Source: Pseudomonas aeruginosa (GTDB lineage Bacteria; Pseudomonadota; Gammaproteobacteria; Pseudomonadales; Pseudomonadaceae). From it: 32,000 bases of DNA. The translations under genes were made by a program, and so were the position numbers. The stretch spans positions 2,220,001 to 2,252,000 of the forward strand of contig NZ_LN831024.1 of the NCBI RefSeq assembly GCF_001457615.1, in the 5' to 3' direction. Positions 1 through 9,099 of the stretch are shown here, piece after piece (position 1 is the stretch's first letter; each line of letters starts with the position of its first letter). The notes beneath the pieces are model-generated. The model saw nothing but the letters and a program-made list of their open reading frames with translations, made no database searches and was not told where the DNA came from.

Positions 1-261
1 GTCGAGCGCGCCGCCGGGGTCGACGGCGTGCTGGCCGCCACCGGCGACGCGGTGGGGCGGATCAACGACCTCGCCGCGCAGATCGCCTCGGCCTGCGAGG
101 AGCAGAGCCGGGTAATCGACGAAATCGCCCGCAACATCAGCGAGGTGCGCGAGCTTTCCGCCCAGGCGGCGGAACATTCGGAGCAGGGTACCGGGGCCAG
201 CCGCCGGCTGTCCGAGCTGTCCTCGGAACTGGCGCGGCTGGTCGGCCGTTTCCGCGTCTGA
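1..261 (+). CDS. Methyl-accepting chemotaxis protein, C-terminal fragment (5' end lies off the left edge)
   Basis: Frame 1 is open from base 1 to TGA at 259-261. Translation ...INDLAAQIASACEEQSRVIDEIARNISEVRELSAQAAEHSEQG... is the conserved C-terminal signalling/methylation helix of MCPs. Confidence 0.85.
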   Translation, partial: VERAAGVDGVLAATGDAVGRINDLAAQIASACEEQSRVIDEIARNISEVRELSAQAAEHSEQGTGASRRLSELSSELARLVGRFRV

Positions 262-262
262 A

Positions 263-284
263 GCGCCGCCGCCTAGCGCGGCGC
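263..284. terminator. GC-rich hairpin between convergent genes (possible bidirectional terminator)
   Basis: GCGCCGC (263-269) pairs with GCGGCGC (278-284) around an 8-nt loop. It lies between the MCP stop and the stop of the minus-strand small ORF. There is no clear U tract. Confidence 0.3.
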
Positions 285-530
285 CAGCCAGATCGCCACG
301 CCTGCCAGTGCCGCCGGGACCAGGAAGACCAGCAGCAGGATCGGCAGTTCTTCGCGCAAGCCGTAGCCGGCGTGCTGGACGCCGACCCACAGGTTGACCA
401 GCGCGACGGCCAGCCAGGTCGGCAGGAACAGGCCGGCAGCGAGCGCCGGCCCGGCATCCCAGAGTTTGCCGAAGAGCAGGAACAGGCCGAGCAGGACGAT
501 GCCGCCGGCGATTACCAGGGTCACGTGCAT
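273..530 (-). CDS. Small hydrophobic membrane protein, unknown function
   Basis: ORF 273..632 trimmed to the internal ATG at 528-530 (MHVTLVIAGGIVLLGLFLLFG...), because the longer form would overlap the 3' end of the SDR gene. It is almost entirely hydrophobic helices. I recognise no family. Confidence 0.6.
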   Translation of the reverse strand: MHVTLVIAGGIVLLGLFLLFGKLWDAGPALAAGLFLPTWLAVALVNLWVGVQHAGYGLREELPILLLVFLVPAALAGVAIWLAPR

Positions 531-580
531 GAAGGGTTTCCGCAGGCAGGCAGCGACCGCCGTGGCGGCCGCTGCGTGGC

Positions 581-1354
581 TCACTTGGTGGAGAAGCCGC
601 CATTGATGAGGATGGTCTGGCCGGTGATCCACCAGCCTTCGCTGACCAGGTGGCGGATGAACGGCACCACGTCGTCGATGTCGGTCAGGCCGGTTTTGGA
701 GAACGGCGACAAGGCCGCGGCGTTCTTCAGGTAGTCCACCGCATCGGCACCTTCGGCGGGGTAGAAGAAGGGCGTGTCCATGGGGCCCGGGCCGACCGCG
801 GTGACCGAGATGCCGCGCGCGCCGAACTCCTTGGAAGCGGCACGGGTGAAGTGCTCCACCGGCGCCTTGGTGCCGGCATAGGCGGCGTAGTACGGGGTAT
901 AGGCGCCAAGCAGGGAGGTCACCAGGGTGCAGATCTTGCCGTTGTCGTTGACGTGCTTGCCGGCTTCGCGCAGGAAGAAGAACGCAGACTTGGAATTGAC
1001 CGCGCTCATCTCGTCGTATTCGGTCTCGCTGATCTCGGTGATGGGTTTCTTCAGCACCTTGCCGACGGTGTTGATGGCGATGTCCGGCTTGCCCACCGCG
1101 GCGATGGCGTCGGCGAACAGCTTTTCCATGGCCGCGGCGCTGGTGAGATCGCCCTGCAGCGCTACCGCCTTGGCTCCGGCTGCCTGCAGCGCGGCGACGG
1201 TGGCGTCGGCATCGGCCTTGCTCGCGGCGCTGTTGTAGTGGATGGCGATCGCCTTCGCGCCGTGGGCGGCGAGATCACGGGCGATCAGCCCGCCCAGGTT
1301 CTTGGCGCCGCCGGTGATGAGGACGGTCTTGCCTTTGATGGAGTGGTCGACCAT
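581..1354 (-). CDS. Short-chain dehydrogenase/reductase (SDR), NAD(P)-dependent
   Basis: 257 aa. Rossmann motif TGGAKNLGG near the N-terminus and catalytic Y-x3-K (YAGTK). Diverges from the AraC gene. Confidence 0.9.
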   Translation of the reverse strand: MVDHSIKGKTVLITGGAKNLGGLIARDLAAHGAKAIAIHYNSAASKADADATVAALQAAGAKAVALQGDLTSAAAMEKLFADAIAAVGKPDIAINTVGKVLKKPITEISETEYDEMSAVNSKSAFFFLREAGKHVNDNGKICTLVTSLLGAYTPYYAAYAGTKAPVEHFTRAASKEFGARGISVTAVGPGPMDTPFFYPAEGADAVDYLKNAAALSPFSKTGLTDIDDVVPFIRHLVSEGWWITGQTILINGGFSTK

Positions 1355-1563
1355 GGGGTGTTTCTCCTGCGGTGAGTGGAGAACCCAGTCTAGGGAGGGC
1401 GGCCTTGCGGAGTAATCGCGGCGGCCTGGATAGATTGTCCAGAAACGCCGATCAATTCCCGCCTCCGGAGGAGCGCAGCCGCCTGCACGAATCTTCTAGA
1501 ACCCCGGACGGGCGCGTTATAGTCGCGGCGACGAAACCAACGAGTGGGAAGACCTGACGCACG

Positions 1564-2400
1564 ATGGGCAGCCGAGACTGGATCGACCTGGCCCGCGACG
1601 CCGAGACCGGGATCGAGACCCTGCGCGCCCATTTCGAGGGCCACGCCTACGATCCGCACTGGCACGACAGCTACCTGATCGGCTACACCGAGATCGGCGT
1701 GCAGCAATTCAACTGCCGCCGACGCCGACACGACAGCACCGCCGGCCAGGTATTCCTGGTCGAACCGGGGGAGATCCACGACGGTCGCGCGCCGATCGCC
1801 GGCGGCTTCACCTACTCGATGCTGTACCTGCAGCCGGACTGGCTGCGGCGCGAACTGCGGGCGACCTTCGACGATGCGCCCAGCGACCGCGACCCCGGCT
1901 TCCACGCCAACCTCACCGAAGACCCGCGCCTGACCCTGGCCATCGCCCAGGCCTTCCGCGTCCTGCATGGCCGCGAGCTGCGACTGCTGCGGCAGACCGC
2001 CCTGGAGCTGGTGCTGGAGCGGCTGCGCGTGCACCTCGGCTGGCGCGAGGCGAAGCCATTCGATCCGCGCCTGCCGCTGGTGGCGCAGAAAGCCCGCGAC
2101 TACCTGCATGCGCACTTCTACCAGGACATCGGCCTGGACGAGCTGGCCAGCGCCTGCGGCACCGACCGCTTCCGCCTGAACCGTGCATTCAAGGCCGCCT
2201 ACGGCTTGCCACCCTACGCCTACCTGGTCCAGTTGCGCCTGGCCAAGGCGCGGCAGATGCTCGCTGTCGGCGGGCAACCGGCGGACCTCGCCAGCGCTCT
2301 CGGTTTCGCCGACCAGAGCCATCTCGGCCGCTGGTTCCGGCGCGCCTACGGGATGACCCCGGCGGCCTACCGCCGGCAGTGCACCCAGCTTCCAGACTGA
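1564..2400 (+). CDS. AraC-family transcriptional regulator
   Basis: 278 aa. N-terminal cupin-like AraC ligand domain and a C-terminal double HTH (...LNRAFKAAYGLPPYAYLVQLRLAKARQML...LGFADQSHLGRWFRRAYGMTPAAYR). Confidence 0.9.
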   Translation: MGSRDWIDLARDAETGIETLRAHFEGHAYDPHWHDSYLIGYTEIGVQQFNCRRRRHDSTAGQVFLVEPGEIHDGRAPIAGGFTYSMLYLQPDWLRRELRATFDDAPSDRDPGFHANLTEDPRLTLAIAQAFRVLHGRELRLLRQTALELVLERLRVHLGWREAKPFDPRLPLVAQKARDYLHAHFYQDIGLDELASACGTDRFRLNRAFKAAYGLPPYAYLVQLRLAKARQMLAVGGQPADLASALGFADQSHLGRWFRRAYGMTPAAYRRQCTQLPD

Positions 2401-2450
2401 GGCCCGGCGCGTCGCCAGGATGAAGGCTCCCCCGCCACAGGAGCCCGTCC

Positions 2451-3044
2451 ATGCAATCCCTCGTGCCCTTCCTGCTGTTCGCCGTCGTCGCCTCGATCAC
2501 CCCCGGACCGACCAACATCCTGGTCCTGAGCAACAGCCAGCGCCACGGCCTGGCCGCCGCCTGGCCGATCGTGCTCGGCGCCTGCGCGGCGGTGGCGGCG
2601 CTGATCCTGCTGCTCGGGCTCGGCCTGGGCGAGTTGCTGCGACGCCATCCGCTGCTCCAGCAGGGGCTCGCCTGGCTCGGCGTCGGCTGGCTCAGCTACC
2701 TGGCCTGGAGCCTGTTCCGCAGCGCGGGCGGCATCGACGGCGCGGAGCCGCCGCGGCGCCTCGGCGTGCTCGGCGGCGCGGCGTTGCAACTGGTCAATCC
2801 CAAGGCCTGGATGATGGCCCTCGCCGCGCTGGCACTGTTCGCCGGGGAAGGCGCCGGACAGGCCGGGCGGATCGGCCTGCTGGCATTGCTGTTCTTCCTG
2901 GTTTCGCTGCCGTGCCTGGCCAGTTGGGCCTTGCTCGGCGTCGGCAGCGCGCGGCTGCTGCGCTCGCCGTCGCTGATGAAACGCTTCAACCAGGGCATGG
3001 CGCTGTTGTTGCTGGCATCGGCCTGGGCCGCCCTGCTGCTCTGA
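2451..3044 (+). CDS. LysE/RhtB-family amino-acid (or small metabolite) exporter
   Basis: 197 aa. The N-terminus MQSLVPFLLFAVVASITPGPTNILVLS is the LysE/RhtB hallmark. About 6 TM segments. SD CAGGAG at 2438-2443. Confidence 0.9.
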   Translation: MQSLVPFLLFAVVASITPGPTNILVLSNSQRHGLAAAWPIVLGACAAVAALILLLGLGLGELLRRHPLLQQGLAWLGVGWLSYLAWSLFRSAGGIDGAEPPRRLGVLGGAALQLVNPKAWMMALAALALFAGEGAGQAGRIGLLALLFFLVSLPCLASWALLGVGSARLLRSPSLMKRFNQGMALLLLASAWAALLL

Positions 3045-3163
3045 GGCGGTCCGGTAGCTTCCTGACAAACCTGTGGGTTGGTACGCCGGGCCCGGGTTGG
3101 CTATGGTGGGACGATCCGTAGCCATGGCGCGGTCGCCGTCAGCACGCCGCGCAAGGAACCTCC

Positions 3164-4030
3164 ATGTTGAAACCCGACATCACTGCCTTCTTCGACCCGG
3201 CCACCTCCACCTACAGCTACGTGGTGCGCGACCCGTCCAGCCGCGCCTGCGCCATCGTCGACCCGGTGCTCGACTACGACCCGGCCGCCGGGCGCACCAG
3301 CCATGCCAGCGCCGAACGCCTGATCGCCCATGTTCGCCAGCACGACCTGCAGGTGGAATGGCTGCTGGAGACCCACGTGCACGCCGACCACCTGTCGGCG
3401 GCCATCTTCCTGCAGCGCGAACTGGGCGGGTGCCTGGCCATCGGCGCGCGAATCACCCAGGTCCAGGCGAAATTCTCCGGCCTGTTCAACCTCGGCGAGG
3501 CGTTCCCGGTGGACGGCCGCCAGTTCGAGCACCTGTTCGAGGACGGCGAGTCGTTCCGCATCGGCGCCCTGGAATGCCGCGCGCTGCATACCCCGGGGCA
3601 TACCCCGGCGTGCATGACCTACCTGGTCGGCGACAGCGCCTTCGTCGGCGATACCCTGTTCATGCCCGACTACGGCACCGCCCGCTGCGATTTCCCCGGC
3701 GGCGACGCGCGCCAGCTGTATCGCTCGATCCAGCGCCTGTTCGCGCTACCCGACGCGACCCGCCTGTTCATGTGCCACGACTACACGGCTCCCGGCCGCG
3801 ACGAGCACCGCTGCGAAACCAGCGTCGGCGAGCAGCGCCGGCACAACGTGCACGTCCGCGAAGGCGTCGACGAGGAGGCGTTCGTCGCCATGCGCCAGCA
3901 GCGCGATGCCACCCTCGGCATGCCAACCCTGATGCTGCCGGCGATCCAGGTCAACATGCGCGGCGGCAACCTGCCGCCGGTGGAAGGCAACGGGGTGCGT
4001 TACCTGAAGATCCCGCTGGATCTGTTCTGA
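3164..4030 (+). CDS. Metallo-beta-lactamase-fold hydrolase, type II persulfide dioxygenase-like
   Basis: 288 aa. H-x-H-x-D-H motif (ETHVHADH), HTPGHTPAC and GDTLFMPDYGTARCDFPGG. The length and motifs resemble the ~290-aa proteobacterial PDO/SDO group. That functional call is an inference. Confidence 0.85.
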   Translation: MLKPDITAFFDPATSTYSYVVRDPSSRACAIVDPVLDYDPAAGRTSHASAERLIAHVRQHDLQVEWLLETHVHADHLSAAIFLQRELGGCLAIGARITQVQAKFSGLFNLGEAFPVDGRQFEHLFEDGESFRIGALECRALHTPGHTPACMTYLVGDSAFVGDTLFMPDYGTARCDFPGGDARQLYRSIQRLFALPDATRLFMCHDYTAPGRDEHRCETSVGEQRRHNVHVREGVDEEAFVAMRQQRDATLGMPTLMLPAIQVNMRGGNLPPVEGNGVRYLKIPLDLF

Positions 4031-5062
4031 TCAGCTGCGGCGACGCAGCAGGAGAATGAAGAACAGCCCGCCGATGGCCGCGGTGGCGATGCCGATGGGC
4101 AGGTCCTGGGGGGCGATCAGGGTGCGCGCGGCGACATCCATCCAGACCAGGAACAGCGCGCCGAGCAGGGCGCACACCGGCAGCAGTCGGCGGTGCTCGG
4201 CACCCACCAGCAGGCGCGCGGCGTGCGGCAGCATGAGACCGACGAAGCCGATGGCGCCGCTCACCGAGACCAGCACGCCGGTCAGCAGCGAGCAGCAGAC
4301 GAAGACCCACAGGCGTACGCGACGGGCGTCCAGGCCGAGGGTCACGGCGGTCTGTTCGCCGGCCATCAGCGCGTTCAGCGCACGGCCCAGCCCGAGCAGT
4401 ACCAGCAGGCCGCCGGCCACGCACAGCGCCGGCAGCCAGATCAACGACCAGCGCGCCAGGCCGAGGCCGCCGAGCATCCAGAACAGCACAGAGGAGGCGG
4501 CGCGGTGGTCGCCGAGGAACAGCAGCAGGTTGGCCAGCGCCAGGAGCACGAACGACACCGCGACCCCCGCCAGCAACAGCCGGTCGCTGCCCAGGCGGCC
4601 GCCGCGACTGGCCACGCCGAGCACCAGCAGCATGCTGCCGAGGGCGCCGAGGAAGGCCGCCAGCGGCAGGGTCAGCAGGCCGATCACCTCGCCGATGTAG
4701 AGCACCACCAACACCGCGCCGAGGGTCGCGCCGGAGGTGGCGCCGAGCAGGTGCGGATCGGCCAGCGGATTGCGCGTGACCGCCTGCAGGGCCGCTCCCA
4801 CCAGCGCCAGGCCGGCGCCGACGCAGGCACCGAGCAGTACCCGTGGGGCGCGGATCAGCCAGACGATGTGCTCCTGGCCGGCGCTCCAGGCACCGGGCTC
4901 CGCCGCCACGCCGAACAGGCGCTGGAGGACGATGCGGCCGACCAGGCCGCTGTCCAGTCGCGCCGGACCGAAGCCGAGGGCGACCACGCAGGACAGGCCG
5001 AGCAACATGACCAGGCTGCCCAGCAACAGGCAATAGGCGCGAGGGCTGCGGAACAGGGTCAT
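4031..5062 (-). CDS. ABC importer permease, FecCD/BtuC family
   Basis: 343 aa, about 9-10 hydrophobic segments, typical FecCD C-terminus (...PIGIATAAIGGLFFILLLRRR). Its ATG overlaps the stop of the upstream binding-protein gene (ATGA at 5059-5062). Confidence 0.92.
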   Translation of the reverse strand: MTLFRSPRAYCLLLGSLVMLLGLSCVVALGFGPARLDSGLVGRIVLQRLFGVAAEPGAWSAGQEHIVWLIRAPRVLLGACVGAGLALVGAALQAVTRNPLADPHLLGATSGATLGAVLVVLYIGEVIGLLTLPLAAFLGALGSMLLVLGVASRGGRLGSDRLLLAGVAVSFVLLALANLLLFLGDHRAASSVLFWMLGGLGLARWSLIWLPALCVAGGLLVLLGLGRALNALMAGEQTAVTLGLDARRVRLWVFVCCSLLTGVLVSVSGAIGFVGLMLPHAARLLVGAEHRRLLPVCALLGALFLVWMDVAARTLIAPQDLPIGIATAAIGGLFFILLLRRRS

Positions 5063-6030
5063 GGACGTGGCGCCCGAGGGTGGAGGCCGGCGACCAGGGT
5101 TTCTATCGCCGCGGCGTTGCCGATGCCCGGCGTGGCCTGGTTATAGGGCAGGACGATGAAGCGTCGCTCGCGGATCGCGGTCAGGCTGCGCAGCGCCGGG
5201 TTCTCTTCGAGGAAGCGCTGCTTCTGCGCGGCGCTGGTCTCGCCGTAGTCGACGATGACGATGACCTGCGGATCGCGGGCGACCACGCTTTCCCAGTTGA
5301 CCTGGGTCCAACTGGCCGCCACGTCGTCGGTCACGCTGCGGCCGCCGGCGGCCTCGATCAGCGCCTGCGGCATGCCCAGGCGGCCAGAGGTGAAGGGGCG
5401 GTCCTCGCCGCTGTCGTAGAGGAACACCCGCGGCGCCTCGGCGTTCGCCGGGATGCCGGCGCGGGCGCGCTCGATGCGTGCCTGGAGGCTGGCGACCAGG
5501 CGCTCGGCGCGCGGTTCGACGTCGAAGATCCGCCCCAGGTTGCGCAGGTCGCGGTACAGCTCGTCGAGGCTGGCGCGGCGCGGCTCGCCGATCTGCGCGC
5601 AGGATTCGCTCAGCTCGTAGACCTTCACCCCCAGCGGCTCCAGGCTGGCCGGAGTGAGGTCGCCGCCGACGCGCATGCCGTAGCCCCAACCGGCGAAGAA
5701 GAAGTCGGCGTCGACATCGAGCAGGGTTTCCGCCGTGGGGTAGCGCGCCACCAGCTCGGGCAGCGGCTTGAGCGCGGCGATCAATCCGGGATCGGCATTC
5801 TTCCACCAGCCGCTGATGCCGGTATAGCCGACCATGCGCGTTTGCAGACCGAGGGCGACCATCATCTCGGTGAGGTTGATGTCGTGGCTGACTGCGCGCG
5901 ACGGCGCGCGCTCGAACGTCACTTCGCGCTCGCAGCTGCGCACGCTGAGCGGGTAGCGCTCGGCCAGCGCGGCATCGGCGCAGGCGAGCAGGGCGCAGAG
6001 CAGCAGGTGGTGCAGGATCGGGTGCTTCAT
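5059..6030 (-). CDS. Periplasmic substrate-binding protein, FecB/BtuF/TroA-like (cluster A)
   Basis: ORF 5059..6111 trimmed to the ATG at 6028-6030, giving the signal peptide MKHPILHHLLLCALLACADAALA. ATGA overlaps with the ATPase gene upstream and the permease gene downstream. Confidence 0.85.
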   Translation of the reverse strand: MKHPILHHLLLCALLACADAALAERYPLSVRSCEREVTFERAPSRAVSHDINLTEMMVALGLQTRMVGYTGISGWWKNADPGLIAALKPLPELVARYPTAETLLDVDADFFFAGWGYGMRVGGDLTPASLEPLGVKVYELSESCAQIGEPRRASLDELYRDLRNLGRIFDVEPRAERLVASLQARIERARAGIPANAEAPRVFLYDSGEDRPFTSGRLGMPQALIEAAGGRSVTDDVAASWTQVNWESVVARDPQVIVIVDYGETSAAQKQRFLEENPALRSLTAIRERRFIVLPYNQATPGIGNAAAIETLVAGLHPRAPRP

Positions 6031-6800
6031 GCTTGGGTAATCCAGGTCAGGCGCGGGTGGTCGGCGAGGGGGTGGCGGTCGACCAGGGCGCGGACGCCGA
6101 ACACCCGCCACAGCAGGTCGGCGTCGAGCACTTTGGTCGGCGTGCCCTGGGCGACGATGCGGCCGCCGTCGAGCACGTAGAGGCGGTCGCAGAAGGCCGC
6201 CGCCAGGTTGAGGTCGTGGAAGCTCGCCAGGGTGCTCAGGCCGAGGCTGCGCAGCAGGCGCAGAAGCTCCAGCTGGTAGCGCGGGTCGAGGTGGTTGGTC
6301 GGTTCGTCGAGGATCAGCAGGCGCGGCTCCTGAACCAGCGCGCGAGCCAGCAGGGCGCGCTGCTTCTCGCCACCGGAGAGGCTGGCGAAGGGGCTCGCGG
6401 CACGCCCTTCGAGACCGACCTGGAGCAGCGCCTGGCGGACCCGCTGGCGGTCGTCCGCGCCGTGGCCGTCGAACAGGCCCTTGTGCGGCGTGCGGCCCAT
6501 GGCGACCACGTCCTCGACGGCGAGGCCGAAGTCCTCGGGGAATTCCTGCAACACCACCGCGATACGCCGGGCGGCCCAGCGCGGCGGCTGGCGCCAGAGG
6601 TCGTCGCCGTCGAGCACCACCCGGCCGCGCTGCGGTCGCGCATAGCGGAAGGCGCAGCGCAGCAGGCTGGTCTTGCCGCTGCCGTTGGGGCCGATCAGGC
6701 CGACGAAACTGCCGGCCGGGACTTCCAGATGCACGCCGCGCAGCAACTCGGTGGAGGCGTCGGGCGACCAGTGCAGGGCATCGAGGTGAAGGGACGACAT
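6027..6800 (-). CDS. ABC transporter ATP-binding protein (FepC/BtuD-like)
   Basis: ORF 6027..6968 trimmed to the ATG at 6798-6800 (MSSLHLDAL...). Walker A GPNGSGKTS, signature LSGGEKQR, Walker B LLILDEPTNHLD. Confidence 0.9.
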   Translation of the reverse strand: MSSLHLDALHWSPDASTELLRGVHLEVPAGSFVGLIGPNGSGKTSLLRCAFRYARPQRGRVVLDGDDLWRQPPRWAARRIAVVLQEFPEDFGLAVEDVVAMGRTPHKGLFDGHGADDRQRVRQALLQVGLEGRAASPFASLSGGEKQRALLARALVQEPRLLILDEPTNHLDPRYQLELLRLLRSLGLSTLASFHDLNLAAAFCDRLYVLDGGRIVAQGTPTKVLDADLLWRVFGVRALVDRHPLADHPRLTWITQA

Positions 6801-6852
6801 GGCTACTCGCAGGTCCGGTGGTTCAGCAGAGACGATTGCCGCGGCGCCGGCT

Positions 6853-9009
6853 TCAGAAACTGAAGTCGGCGGTGACGTTGAACGAGCGTGGCTGGCCCAT
6901 GATCCATTGCTGGCCGTTGTTGTTGTCAGCCAGGGCGTACTGGCGGTCGAACAGGTTGTACAGCTCAAGGCCGAGGGTCAGGTCCGGCCGTACCCGCCAG
7001 CCCAGGTTGGCGTCGACCACCGTGTAGCCGGGCAGGCTGGCCTGGTTGGCGGCGTCGGCGTAGCGCCGGTCGACGTAGCGCAGCCCGGCGCCGACGCGCA
7101 GGGTCTCGGCGAAGGACTTGTCCAGCCAGAGGTTGGCGGTGCGCCGTGGCACGTTCCTGGGGCGGTTGCCGTTGCGCGAGTAGGTCTGCCCGTCGATCGT
7201 TTCGTCGAAGTCGTCGTATTCGGCACGCACCAGCGCGGCGTTCGCCGACAGCCGCCAGTCCTGGGCCAGGTTCAGTTCCAGGCTGGCCTCCAGGCCGTCC
7301 GAACTCTGCTGGCCGACCTGCTGCGCGTCGTGCGGCGGCAGCGGGTTGGCGCTGAGCAGCTTCTTCTTGACGATATGGTAGGCGGCCAGGGTCCATTCGC
7401 CGCGACCGTCCGGGAACAGCTGCTTGAGGCCGACCTCGGTCTGCTTCGAGTGGGTCAGGTCCATCTGCTGCTGGGCCGCGTTGAGGGTGATCAGGTTGCT
7501 CACGCCGTCCTCGCTGGTGGAGTACTGGCCGTACAGCGACAGTTCCGGGGTCAGCGCGAAGACCAGCCCGGCGCGCCAGTTGCCGCCCTGCAGGCTGCGG
7601 TCGCTGCGGGTGCCGGCGCGCAGGTCGTCGCGGTCGATATGGTTCTGGTCGCGGCGCACCCCGGTCACCAGCGACAGGCGCTCGTTGAGCTGCAGGCGGT
7701 TCTCGGCGAACAGGGCGAAGGTGCGGGTCTGGCTGCGCGAGTGCGGCCGGTAGGGCGAGCGGCTTTCGAAGTAGCCGGGCGCGGGATGCCAGGGGTCGAT
7801 GTAGTCGCCGCCGACATCGGTATAGGGCGAGTTGTTGCTCAGGCGGAAGCGGATGCGGTTGTACTCGGCGCCGACCAGGGTGCGGCTGTCGAGGCCGAAC
7901 AGGGCGTGCTGGAAGGCGAAGGTCTGGCGGTCGCCGATCTGCTCCTGCTCGTGGCTGATGCGCAGGTAGTCCCTGCGCAACAGCTCTTCGCGCGGGACGT
8001 CCCATTCGTAGGTTTCGGCGTTGCGCCAGTGGCGGCGGGCCTTGATGTAGTACAACTGGTTGCTCGCGGTGACGCTGTCGGAAAGGCTCCAGTCGCTGGT
8101 CAGGCGGGTCCACTGGTCGTTGTAGCGCTGCACGTCGTTGCGCACGTTGTAGTTCTTCTCGCGCAGGCGCTTGTGGTACTTGCCGCCGACCAGCGGGGTG
8201 CCGAAGTCGTTCATCGGCTCCTGGTCGCCATAGTCGTGGGCGAGAGTGAAGGCCAGATCGTCGCTGGCCTGCCAGCGCAGCGCCGCGCTGATGCCCAGGT
8301 TGCGCGAGTCGCCACGGTCGATCCAGCCGTGGCTCTGCTGCTGGTTCAGGTTGAGCCGGTAGCTGAGGCTGTCGGTCAGCGAGCCGCCGCTGTCCAGGGC
8401 CAACTGGCGGTTGTCGTAGGAGCCGTAGCCGAGGCGCAGGTGGTTGCGGATCTCGCCGGCGAAAGGCTTCTTCGGCACCACGTTGATCACCGCGCCGGTG
8501 GCGCCTTCGCCGTACAGCACCGAGGCCGGGCCGCGGATCACGTCGATGCGCTCGACCATCCACGGATCGCTGGGGAAGTTCACCGTGCCCATGCCGGTGT
8601 ACAGGCGCGTGCCGTCGAACAGTTGCATCACCGATGCGTGGCCGCTGAAGCCGCGCGCCGAGAGGCCGGTACCGCCATCTCCTGGGGTGCCGATGAAGCT
8701 GATGCCGGGGCTGCGGGTGACGGCGGCCTGGACGCTGGGGTTGTTGCGCCGGCGAACTTCCTCGCCGCTGATGCTGCTGGTGCTCGCCGGGGTGTCCAGG
8801 GCGCTGAGGCCCAGACGCGAACCGGCACTGACCGGCGTGGCGAGATCGATGTGGTCGAGTTCGGCGGGGTCCTGGCGAACGCTGACCAGCTGGCTGGGCA
8901 GGGCGAGGGCGGCTTCCTCGGTTTCGGCGAGGGCGGGCGGTACCAGCAGCAGGCTGGTGGATAGGCCGAGGGCGAAAGGCTCGGTGCGCAAACGGCTGAA
9001 GCGGGGCAT
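6853..9009 (-). CDS. TonB-dependent outer-membrane receptor
   Basis: 718 aa. Signal peptide, plug-domain motifs (...IDVIRGPASVLYGEGATGAVINVV...), a long beta-barrel region and the aromatic C-terminus ...FNVTADFSF. Confidence 0.92.
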   Translation of the reverse strand: MPRFSRLRTEPFALGLSTSLLLVPPALAETEEAALALPSQLVSVRQDPAELDHIDLATPVSAGSRLGLSALDTPASTSSISGEEVRRRNNPSVQAAVTRSPGISFIGTPGDGGTGLSARGFSGHASVMQLFDGTRLYTGMGTVNFPSDPWMVERIDVIRGPASVLYGEGATGAVINVVPKKPFAGEIRNHLRLGYGSYDNRQLALDSGGSLTDSLSYRLNLNQQQSHGWIDRGDSRNLGISAALRWQASDDLAFTLAHDYGDQEPMNDFGTPLVGGKYHKRLREKNYNVRNDVQRYNDQWTRLTSDWSLSDSVTASNQLYYIKARRHWRNAETYEWDVPREELLRRDYLRISHEQEQIGDRQTFAFQHALFGLDSRTLVGAEYNRIRFRLSNNSPYTDVGGDYIDPWHPAPGYFESRSPYRPHSRSQTRTFALFAENRLQLNERLSLVTGVRRDQNHIDRDDLRAGTRSDRSLQGGNWRAGLVFALTPELSLYGQYSTSEDGVSNLITLNAAQQQMDLTHSKQTEVGLKQLFPDGRGEWTLAAYHIVKKKLLSANPLPPHDAQQVGQQSSDGLEASLELNLAQDWRLSANAALVRAEYDDFDETIDGQTYSRNGNRPRNVPRRTANLWLDKSFAETLRVGAGLRYVDRRYADAANQASLPGYTVVDANLGWRVRPDLTLGLELYNLFDRQYALADNNNGQQWIMGQPRSFNVTADFSF

Positions 9010-9099
9010 GGGCGTTCCATCTCATGACCGGGCAGGACGGAACGCGCAGGAAATCGCAGGCGCGACAGCGCCTCGAACAACCGGCTCGCTCCCGCCCAC

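Noticed and set aside
5059-6968. The longer N-terminal extensions offered by the ORF track for the binding protein (to 6111) and the ATPase (to 6968). The same applies to 273..632, 18199.., 19082.., 21552.., 24999.., ..31739 and 14552..
   Set aside because: The extensions overlap upstream genes, lack SD sequences and are compositionally aberrant. The internal starts give proper signal peptides or family N-termini, and usually ATGA-type coupling junctions.
6799-8964. 721-aa plus-strand ORF, and the 735-aa minus-strand ORF 6965..9172, overlapping the TBDR gene
   Set aside because: One is antisense and the other alternate-frame to a gene with clear TonB-dependent receptor motifs. Their translations are Arg/Ala/Gly/Pro/Val-rich low-complexity strings, typical of open non-coding frames in very GC-rich DNA, with no recognisable domains.
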